64,000 nucleotides of DNA, from NCBI GenBank assembly GCA_002269645.1, contig NIVC01002457.1:1-64000 (forward strand). Direction: 5' to 3'. Source of the DNA: Macrostomum lignano. Lineage: Eukaryota. The first letter of the stretch is position 1, and each line of letters opens with the position of its first letter. The notes beneath the pieces were generated by a model. It did not search any database and was not told the origin of the DNA. It was given only the letters and a program-made list of their open reading frames with translations. A program made the translations under genes and the position numbers. Below, piece after piece: positions 12,814 through 23,835 of the stretch.

Positions 12814-15800
12814 CAGTAGTAGAAGTAGTAGTAGTAGTAGTAGTAGCAGTAGTAGTAGAGTAGTAGTAGTAGTACCCTTACAGTACCCGTACAGTATTGC
12901 CACAGCGCTCTGGTTGTGGGACGATGTTGTCGTAGGCGTAAGAACCCTCTTGTGATTTTATATTTAATAATAATAATAGTAGTACGATTGTATAATGTAA
13001 TTACATACTAATGTATTAGTAGCAGGTATGCACTGAATTGTGCCGTAGCACGTATCATTAGTAACTGTAGCAATTGTTACCAAAATAGTAATTAAAAAAA
13101 TCTTACCCATAAACTCGAAAACCAAGTAAATGTCCATGTCATTCTCGGCTTTTATTACATTCAATAGTTTCACTATGTTCGGATGATCGGTGAACTCTTG
13201 CAGAAATGCGATTTCCCGAAATGTTCTCTGTTCAAAAGTATTTTAAATGATAAATTGGACTTCAACAAATGAATTCTTCTAGTATGAATTTTACGATTTT
13301 TAGGGTTGCGATTGTAGGGATGGTTTATGGGCGCTTTTAGGGATGGTTTATGGGCGCTTTTAGGGATGGTTTATGGGCGTTTTTAGGGATGGTTAATGGG
13401 CGATTCTATGGTTGGTTTATGGGCGCTTTTAGGGATGGTTTATGGGCGATTCTATGGTTGGTTTATGGGCGCTTTTAGGGATGGTTTATGGGCGATTCTA
13501 TGGTTGGTTTATGGGCGATTCAATGGTTCGTTTATGGGCGATTCTATGGTTGGTTTATGGGCGATTCAATGGTTGGTTTATGGGCGATTTTAGGGATGGT
13601 TTATGGGCGATTTTAGGGATGGTTTATGGGCGCTTTTAGGGATTGTTTTTGGACGTTTTTAGGGATGGTTTATGGGCGATTCTATGGTTGGTTTATGGGC
13701 GATTCTATGGTTGGTTTATGAGCGATTCTATGGTTGGTTTATGGGCGATTCAATGGTTCGTTTATGGGCGATTCTATGGTTGGTTTATGGGCGATTCAAT
13801 GGTTGGTTTATGGGCGATTTTAGGGATGGTTTATGGGCGATTTTAGGGATGGTTTATGGGCGCTTTTAGAGATTGTTTTTGGACGTTTTTAGGGATGGTT
13901 TATGGGCGATTCTATGGTTGGTTTATGGGCGATTCTATGGTTGGTTTATGAGCGATTCTATGGTTGGTTTATGGGCGATTCAATGGTTGGTTTATGGGCG
14001 ATTCTATGGTTGGTTTATGGGCGATTCAATGGTTCGTTTATGGGCGATTCTATGGTTGGTTTATGGGCGATTCAATGGTTGGTTTATGGGCGATTTTAGG
14101 GATGGTTTATGGGCGATTTTAGGGATGGTTTATGGGCGATTCTATGGTTGGTTTATGGGCGATTTTAGGGATGGTTTATGGGCGATTTTAGGGATGGTTT
14201 ATGGGCGATTCTATGGTTGGTTTATGGGCGATTCAATGGTTGGTTTATGGGCGATTCAATGGTTGGTTTATGGGCGATTCTATGGTTGGTTTATGGGCGA
14301 TTCAATGGTTCGTTTATGGGCGATTTTAGGGATGGTTTATGGGCGATTTTAGGGATGGTTTATGGGCGATTCTATGGTTGGTTTATGGGCGATTCAATGG
14401 TTGGTTTATGGGCGATTTTAGGGATGGTTTATGGGCGATTTTAGGGATGGTTTATGGGCGATTCTATGGTTGGTTTATGGGCGATTTTAGGGATTTTTAT
14501 GGGCGATTCTAGGGGTGGTTTATGGGCGATTTCAAGAATGGTCTATGTGGAATTCTAGGGGTTTATGGGCAATTTTGCTCATAGATTTTGCTTACCTGCG
14601 CATCGGTTTGATTTCTAAATGCGTCGAATATTTTCTTTAATGCAACAATTTCTCCAGTTCGCCGGTCCAGTGCCTTCCAGACAACGCCATAGGCCTGTAC
14701 AAATACAAGTTGTTAACTAAATTTTAACAACAATATACAAGATTAAAGTAATGCAATTTCGAAATACAAAATTCTTTCTTGTATTTAATTTGGGTTATAC
14801 TTTTAGCCAAGCAAAGGAATTTAAAGTATTCACAGCTCACATGACAGATAAAGCCTGTGTGTCTTTACTGTTATCGCCATAGACAATTAGACTTAGACAG
14901 ATGACTATGAGTTAGCTGAAGATGCCATACTCAAAAAGGTAACTTAACTGTGTCGCAATGGTCCCTTTCTGTGTGAATATACTGTTGCAACTAAAATCAT
15001 ACCAAAATTGATCTAGTGATCAATTTCTAGTTAATACTTTTCTTGTCTTCTTAGTGCATTACTAAATCCATTTCTGGCCAGAAAAATCTTATAGCACTAT
15101 ATGTATATACAGGGTGCTAGCTGGGATAGTGATCGTTTGGGCACTACTTTCTACAACAGCATCTAAATTGCCTAAAGGAGCAGGTAGTTAAAGAAAAACT
15201 ATCAATGGCCTAGATGAGTGTTGATTTTTTTCTTTAGCACTTTTATTAGCTTGATATCCACGGACATAAATTGCAATTTTCACCAGCTGCTGAAAGATAA
15301 AAGTTTAAAGCCACTAGGATTGGAGGGTCAGGGGTCAAACGGGGACACAACCGTTCTTGAAACATCTCAAGCAAAAGAATCAAATGTCATCAAAATCATC
15401 GCAATCCTCCTCCTTCATTCCCTCAATGTACTCCCTTGACGGCGATCTAAATCTATATACATATTGTTTTTAAATGGCTATTCATTTTCACAAAAGTCAA
15501 GGGCTTTGATTCACTAAATATCCCTAGTACTATGGTTGGTTATTAAGTTTATGTATGTCTCAAGATAGGAAAGAAAGAAAGGGTTATAATTATCAAAGCA
15601 AGTTAAAACAATGACTACTTTTATTTTTCATTTTTATCCTATTTTATCTTGATTATAGCAAAATTGTTCTTTAGTTGTTAAAAATGATTTGCAAATTTCC
15701 ATTTGCAATTAGTCTAACATAAATATAATACAACAAAAGTGGACATATATTGGTTTTAAAGAATTATTATAGAAGGATCTAGAATATAAAACATATTTTA

Positions 15801-18800
15801 TGATTCTATGATTTTAGGTTAAGGATTTAGATAAGAATCACTTTCTAAATAATAAGTATTGATTAAAGATTCCATAAGATATATATTTGATTGGGAATTT
15901 ATATTCAAGTATATTTTTTTCAGTTTGATTTTTAAGCTACTATACTTTATTTCTAAATGCTATTAAGAATTAGACTCCCATATAATTATAGATGCAACTA
16001 TAATAGCTTTAGATATGAAGTTTCTTATATAGAACATAGAGATATTAACTTGTTAATATTTCTTATATCTTAGGACCAAAAATCCTATTCCTAGGCTAGG
16101 CCAAAGGGCAAAGCTAAATTAGCAATTTTCTAACTTCTAATTTATCTAATATAAGCTGTTGAAACCCACAGATTTTGAACTTGTTAAAACTTGTTTATTG
16201 ATCATCTTTCCTATATACTTTCTTTGTTGTTAAACGAGGTGGATAGCCTAGGGGCTCCCGCAGATCAGCCCAAGGAAAGGCTCTGCCACTAAAGGGTGGG
16301 GGCATATAGATCTACCAGGGGCATAAAGCCCCAAGTAGCCCGAATTGGAACCTGACATTGAGGCCAGGAAAAAAGCTACTAACCCAAGCCTATGGACTAA
16401 GATACTGCTAGCCAGCAATGGAATCAGGGATGGTACTAGGACTAAATCTACCTAAGCTACCATCTAGCAGACAAAACCCAGAGATACACAAAAAAGATTA
16501 GAAAATTTTAGAAATACTACTGAAAGCAGTAATATTTACCAAGGGCGAGACTCCTATCAAGAGGTAGAAATTAGAAAATACTCTTTTAAAGGGCTTCAAG
16601 CCTAAAGGGTTTTTCATTACCTAACTCTAAGCAATATTGGAATATATATAAGGTCCAAGAGAGGAATTACCCTAGTCTACAGAATGGGGCCAGGCCAATA
16701 GGTTAGCACAAGGAGCAAGAAGAACCCAGACTCAGGCAGTTTTCCCCAGTTTGGGATAAACTCATTCTCCAAGACTCCAATCCACTGTCAGTGATGAGAG
16801 CCAAGATACAATAAGCAGGGAGACAACCAGAAGAGCCAGCAGATGGACCAAGAGAGAGCAAGATAGACCAAGCAGGGAAGGAAGAGCATATAATTCCAGA
16901 ATATTAGATGGCTACAAGGCCAGGGTTAAAACATAAAGCTAAAAGCACAAAGGGATAAACAAAGGGTGGAGCACCTGAACCCTAAACCTGGGGCTTAGCC
17001 TCAGGGCTGGCATCAACTGGGCTCTACCCAGCGTTTCCACCAGAGCTTGAAAAAAATTGTGCAGAAGAAAAATTTCCACGCACCCCTATGTTTTTCAAAA
17101 CTTTCACATTTTCATTTCTTGTCATGACCTATGTTTTTATCTTTTGTCAAGGACAGTGAGTCTGGCTGTGTTCTATACATTTTTAGCTAAGAAATACAGG
17201 AATTGATACCAATTGATACCAGTGATACCATTGATACAATCGATACCATGATTCTTCTACTGAAGGAAATCTACTGGGAACCTACTGGGAAACTACTGGG
17301 TATTCAGGAAGGGAAGATACACAAAAAAATTTACAAAAAATGGCGTACATGCTTTAGAAGTGCTTTTTGCAATTAAAAGTGGCATAGCTAGTATTTATAG
17401 TAAATACTAAAAGTTTAGCAATTGATAAACAAACAACAGGCATCAATTTTAGCAGTGAATAAAAAAACAGTTATTTGGATTGGCCACCAATCCCACCATA
17501 AAGCTGTAAACAAATTTTGGCGCAGCAAATACATTACAACAATGAGAGTGGCAAAAAATTTCCGCGCTGTGCAGCAGTTTGGGATTTTCCACGCCATTTC
17601 TGCACTTCCGCGCAGCATTGGAAATGCTGGCTCTACTGTACACTTTTGTATATGGTTGTCTTTGCTGCAGGGTGGGTGCAATCAGGGGGCTCAATTCCAC
17701 CTTCACACAAGGCCGATGGCCAAACTACTAGAACAAAAAGGATTGGGTTATTTTTTTATGTGTACATTGCCTCTGGGGACTTTGGCTTGCCAAATTCTAC
17801 TTGCCAAACTTTGCTTATAGAAATTTGCTTGCCAAACTTTGTTTGCAGAATTTTGCCTGCCAAACAGTAAAACAGTAAAACTTTGCTTGCTGAATTTTGC
17901 TTGTAGGAAATTTGCTTGCTACACATAAGCTTGCCAAAGTTTGCTAGTAGGAACTTTGCTTGCAGAAATTTTGCTTGCCTTTTCTAGGTTTGCCAGTCAC
18001 AGTTTTCTTGCAGAACCTTAAAGAACCTATTATTGAGCTCTTGTATTTCTATTTTTATTTACTAAGATTTGTGGAAGTCGCCTATAGTGTTTATGATTTT
18101 GAATGAGGATATGGTGGATTTGAAAAGCCCTAATGCAAAAATGGAATAATTTAATTTTTTGCTAGGAACACATTTTCAACAAAAATTGGACACAATTTCA
18201 AACAATCAAAGTTTGACAAGAAAAATTCCTGTAAGCAAACGTCATACTCTCACCTATAGCTAAAGATATAATCTATAACCATAGTATATTTAAAGTAGAT
18301 ACAAAATTTGGTAGGCCTATTATTTGGTTAAGCAGTTAGGGAGTCTATACAACTATAGCAAACAAATTTGTCTATATATATATAGAAGTATACAGAAGTA
18401 TAGAGAGATACAGAAATATATATAGGTGATAGTCATTTCATTAACTGGTGTTTTGTCAACTTGGTTGACAAAATGACCAAAGTGTTAGGGCAACTTTATT
18501 GGTAGTTGATGAAGTGACCAATGCTAGGTCCTTCCCATTTGCTTGTTGACGAAGTGACCAAAATTTTAATTACATGAATGATACACATATATAGCTGATA
18601 CAGCTGTATAATCTTGTATAGCTTACAATGATTGTTGTTGATGACTTGCTTTATTAATTGCCTTATTTTCTTAAAATGATTAAATTTTGCAATTTTGCAA
18701 TACCAGACTACATGTCCATTAGGTTAAATGTTTTGATGCAAATATTCTATGCAAATGCGTCATCCATATGCACTCATACCCATGCATCCGAGGGTCCAGG

Positions 18801-21793
18801 CATTAATGAATCTTGAGTATTTGTGCGTTATGCGACCATACATGCAACTGCGTAACATGGGTATTTCTCCTATAAAAATGCTTTAAGGACTGCTATAAAG
18901 TCCTTTACGGAGTTGTGAAAATTGGTGGACTGCATGCATCTAATTTCCACCCTTAATCCCGCTGTGCATAGTGAACAGAAGCCTCCGCAGCGAATCTTGA
19001 TATCTAGTAATGCTCTTGATCAGAGTATATAATTACACACGATTCATGTGTGCTCATCGATTGATCATGCCATGAAACATGTATAAGGCATTTCACTCCC
19101 TGTTATGCTTAACATTAAAATGTACAATACATTGTAAGAAAGCAGTATAGGCAGACGCGCAAACTGAGCGATATTGGATGCAGTACCACAGCGGCGCACT
19201 TTTGATTTGTGCATTCCTGCTCAAGTAGCTGCACAAGACTTGGCCATGTGCCTAAGCCTAGGCCTAGTGCTTTTACGTGTAGGGTCAATAAACTTTTTAT
19301 CTCAAGGGCCAAATTGAGAACCTAGCGCAATGACTGCCCTTCTAGGTCTGCTTTGCTAGCCCCTAAGCAAAATGTGCCCAGGAGTCCCTGATGATTGCAA
19401 GCCAAAAGAGGGAGAGAGGATAGGGAATGGAAAAGAGAAATACGAACTAGCGTACTTGTAGAGAAAAGAGAGGCAAAGGAATAAAGATAAGAGAATAAAT
19501 GATTGAGAGGAGAGATGGAATAGGAGAGGATCGATTGGGAGGAGAGGAGAGACAAAATAGAAGAGAGAGGAGAAGAAAGGATTGAGAGAGGAGGGAAGGG
19601 AGAAGAGAATGGAGAAGAAAATGAAGAGGAGAGGAGAGGTGAGAAGATAAAAGGAAAGAAAAGAGGAGAGGAGGACAGGTAAGAAAGAAGAGAAAGGTGA
19701 GAGAAGAGAGCTGAGAAGAGACACAAACATTGAGCAGTCCAAATTTCTATTGTGAAGATTCAAAGGACCTGAGGACCAGATAGAGAGGCTTTGCAGGCCA
19801 CATGTGGCCCGCGAACAGGAGTTTGACAATCCTTGTTTTAGTATTTAGCCTTTCTCTTTCTCTTTTGGCATTTATGATCGAAATTTTAAGTCTGCCACAA
19901 ACCCAAGACTTAAACTGCTGCGGGCGCTGCAACCAAAATCACTAAAACATACATGCGCAACCCCCCCCTGATTTACACTGGCCATGCAACTTACTTTTTG
20001 ACCAAAAATGCAACTTACTTATAAAAGAAACCTAAATATTGCAATTTTAGATAAATGGCAAGAGTAACTATGACTGTCTTATAAGGGCTAAGGGCTAAAT
20101 GCCTTGTTATCTAATTAGTACTACATCTGTATTCTTTAGGCTGGGCATTTTTGCGACTTACCCCTGGTCCACCACAATTTATGGTGGACAAATTGGCTAG
20201 GTTGGCCAGCAGTTGCGCATGTATGCACTAAACTGCTATCAGCTAAAAGAATAGAGTGCCAAGAGATCTAGAAAATTACTGGTCTTGCCTTTGCAATTTT
20301 CATTCATTTGAGATATCTATATGACTACATACTAAATAAATTAGTCAAGGACCACTAAAGTCACTTTAAGCGCAATCCTTGAAATGAGTGCACACGGGAT
20401 GTCAACCCCATCGTGCTGCATACATTTCAAACACATAAGCACATTATATTTTGTTAGTACATGTATGAGCATATAACAGAGATGCATCCATTGAAAGCTA
20501 GTAGATGTTGTAGAAGGGTATGAATATTAATTAGCCTATCAACTTTGTCATTTCTGGGTTCAGTTTTTTTAGTTTTGCAGCTGCACGGGGGGGGGGGTAC
20601 TTTATTGGCAATTAACAAAGTGGCCAATGTTGCGCATGTTGGGAAATTCCCTATTGGCCAGTTCATGCTTGGGTGCAACCTTGGGATTCACTCGGCCATT
20701 TCTATTGGCCACATACATATGTAAGTCGCTATTGGCAGAGAGCAGTCATGTGACTACTTTTCTGTCCAATAGCAACTTGATTCCCAAAGTTGCGCATGTA
20801 TGAGCCAATTGATGAAGTGATCAAGGTTTGAGATTGCTTCATTGGCTAATTGATGAAATGACCAGTGATAAAACTGAGTTGACAAAATGGCCAGCTGACA
20901 AAATGCTAGTTGACGAAATGATTAAGACTTATATATAGATAGGATGGGCCCCCTATAGTTACACAATTTTTACTTTTATAGTTAGATACATTATAATATA
21001 GACAAATTACTAGGTCTAGTGATAAAAAGGCTAGATAGTAGATACTCTACAGCTAAAACTAGAGGTCGGACGAGATCCTGATCCCGATCCTAAAATCTTG
21101 GGATCCCAAGGAAAATTGAATTCCCATGGGACCAGAATCCCAACTCTAAAAAACTCGAGATTCGGGAACAGGTCTTTTGATTAATAATTTATAGAATTAG
21201 TGATTACTTGAAGGTATTTTGCTTTAACTTGTACTCGTTATATTATTTACTTTGTTGGTTACAAAACTTGAAAACTTCATATCAATTTCGTTGTGTTTTA
21301 CTTCTTGATCTAGACAATCTTTTTTAAATTTTGTTTAACTTTACATGGACAATACACTAAAAGACCTGATCCCGATTCCCGATCCCGATCCCGAGAAAAA
21401 AATGATTCCCAATCCCAATCCCGCCCGAAGATTTCAACCCCGTCCGACCTCTAGCTAAAACTAAACTAAAATTTCTACTATTAATTGTTATGCCTTAATC
21501 TAACCTCAATCTTACTTAGAGTTAAATAAATAATATAGGCCTATTTTAGCCTTGCCCTTAGGCTTTAGCCAAAAAATATATAGGTAGGCTCATCTCATAA
21601 TAATTTTGATAACTTTCTTTGAATTAAAATCAGCTATAGACTTAGTTCATTTATACTTTAAATAATTGAAGTGAAATCAGTTGTGTTAGTTTAAGGTGTC
21701 CAAATTTCTTACCCCTTTTCCAAGTCTCTTTCTTATTTCATATTTCTTAAGAATGTGGTCTTCTATTTCAGCTATAGCACTTGCCAGAGGCAT
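7570..21793 (-). CDS. MAPK15: Mitogen-activated protein kinase 15 (ERK7/ERK8), about 9 exons
   Basis: Exons 21793-21713, 14694-14596, 13227-13107, 12501-12008, 10942-10739, 10312-9962, 9789-9595, then (less certain) 8279-8154 and 7953-7570; all GT-AG and phase-compatible. Motifs: GKG|AYGVVWKA, family-typical [45 protein letters not shown]. Confidence 0.92.
10390..10575. repeat. 21-bp minisatellite (cagtcccagatggcaccttaa)
   Basis: Tandem copies in MAPK15 intron 5. Confidence 0.85.
10965..12000. repeat. 33-bp minisatellite (gggattaatggggagtgaggattagctgtcatt)
   Basis: Fills almost all of MAPK15 intron 4, starting at the donor (12007). Confidence 0.95.
12655..12875. repeat. (AGT)n microsatellite
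   Basis: Direct reading; gives the poly-Ser and poly-Leu pseudo-ORFs. Confidence 0.95.
13315..14570. repeat. 23-bp minisatellite (atgggcgattctatggttggttt / atgggcgattttagggatggttt)
   Basis: Fills most of MAPK15 intron 2; two alternating variants. Confidence 0.95.
18428..20930. mobile_element. Degenerate composite repeat bounded by clusters of ttgacgaaatgacc-type motifs
   Basis: Motif clusters at 18428-18570 and 20808-20930, with an inverted copy at the left end; other repeats are nested between them. Confidence 0.35.
19279..19835 (-). mobile_element. hAT-like MITE with internal GA-rich microsatellite
   Basis: Ends gtagggtcaataaact and agtttgacaatccttg; partial 8-bp flank match (ttttacgt / ttttagta). 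Segment 19749-19799 is homologous to 45343-45393. Confidence 0.55.
21060..21453. mobile_element. hAT-type MITE, young
   Basis: Perfect 13-bp TIR tagaggtcggacg / cgtccgacctcta; perfect 8-bp TSD gctaaaac (21052-21059 and 21454-21461); internal gatccc subterminal repeats. Confidence 0.9.
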
Positions 21794-22542
21794 TTTAAAT
21801 GGGATAAAAACTAATAATTCACTACTTCCAGTGAAAGGTATAGATTTCTTCTTTCTTTCCCATGAAAACACAATGATTTAATTTTTTAGCCAGCCAGCCA
21901 TGACATGCTGGCTAGCACTAGCACAAGATCCAGCGTGCTTTATTAAGTTTCAGTTGGGTCAAGTCAGGAAGAAATTTGAGTTCACCAGGTCATTTGTGAA
22001 GTAATGTTTTCCTCTACGAACTTCAGGTTAAAAATAGGCCTACTCAGATTTATTGAAATTATTAATACAAAGATACAACAGGCACAGCACAGCGGCAGGA
22101 CCACGACCAGGCACAATTCTGAAAAATGATCAATAAAACAACCTTCAAAACAATCAAAATTATGGCTTTTATAGAAAAGCCCACAAAAAATTCCTTAATT
22201 TTTTTAGTATTTTTAAGGTAATTCTAATTTGAAAGTAGTTTACCTACAATTCTTATTAGGTTTTAACTATTTTTTTGTTTTAAAAGTCTACCGAAAAACG
22301 AAAATTCAAAGCGCGACTTTTTCAGGATTATAATTGTAATTTAATACTATATTACTTTACTTGTTCTTCATATATCAACCAGGACCAGTCTATTATTTAG
22401 GTGTTTTGTTTTTTCGCTGAATCTCTTATTATTTCAACTTTTTACATCTTCAATAACTTTATAATTTTTAAGTTAAAGTTTTTCTTCTTATAGTATTCAT
22501 CAAAATTAATACCAATCAAATCAAAATTAAAAACCACAACAA

Positions 22543-23796
22543 ATGGCTTCAACAACTAATCACTCGCGCGAAAATCCAGCCCAAAAATTAGGCTCAGGCG
22601 CTGCATCTACTGATCCTAAAAATGTTGCAGAATTAAATGCATATGTAAGTACTAATTTAGTTTAGCTTGTAGTAAAAAATTACTTTTGCATTTTATTAGG
22701 CTATAGGCATAGCCACAGGGCTATATGTTGTATACATTCAATAGTCAGGCCCCTAGCCTACCAGATCTAAAAATCAGGGCCTACTATAGAGTTCCAGGAA
22801 ATTTTGTCATAAGGGCTTTTTCCTCAAACAGTCATTTGTCATTTTTTCATCAATTAATGGAAAGGTGCATGATTTTGAAATTAAATTTAATTAGAGTCTA
22901 GGTAGCTCATAGACTTGAGCATTATAGATTAAGCCTAGTACTTTGTTAAAATAACACCAACAGAGTTTATTTGTTTAAACAAAGATTTTCTTATTGTAAA
23001 CATATCTCTTATATGTAGTAGGTAGGCTAACTTATAGGCCTATCTAAGCTATCTTTAGCAATTAGCTATTGCTATTGGCTATTGCTTGCTTGTAAGGTGG
23101 TGGTGGAGAAGTTTTCTTGGAAATTGGTTGGTTTTTTTTAAAATTGCTAACACCAGTGAGGTGGGGCAGATTCCTTGTTTGAATTGCCACCAACTATGAG
23201 TTTGCACAAATGAAGCCAGAAATCGCGGAGACAAATCACAACAAAATTTCTTCTCCTGTTTTACTCCGACAACCGGGTTCTCAAGTCCGGGGGAAGGTAG
23301 TTGTAATTATAGCGGAGCAGTTGTTAGCGGCATGGTCATTCAAAGCAATGAAAATCAGAGATTTCTATCTCTGTAAATTATTGCGTCAATTATATCAAAC
23401 TAGTTACTTTTAGTAGGGTGGTTGCTGCCACCACCGTAATTTACGTATTATGGAACGAATGAGTCTCAGAGCTTTCTTTGAAATGAGGTCTTTGGCTATT
23501 TTACGCCCCACAGGCAAATGACTCAAGAAATACTATGGCTTTGGATTAATGAATAGATATTAGTTAATGAAATTTATTAAAGTTTAATAAGCAGGCTGAA
23601 TATTAAAGATAAATATAACTCAACACTACTCTGATGAAACGGAGGAGGCGACTAAATAAAACAAACTAAAAACTAGAAAACTAACTATAAAGATAACCAG
23701 AAAATGCGAGTAGCAAGTAATAAAGTTAGCAAGAAAAAGGGGGTAGCAAGGTAGCAAGGTTAAAGATGGTAACGGGGAGTATGTAAAAATCATTGT

Positions 23797-23835
<39 letters not shown>

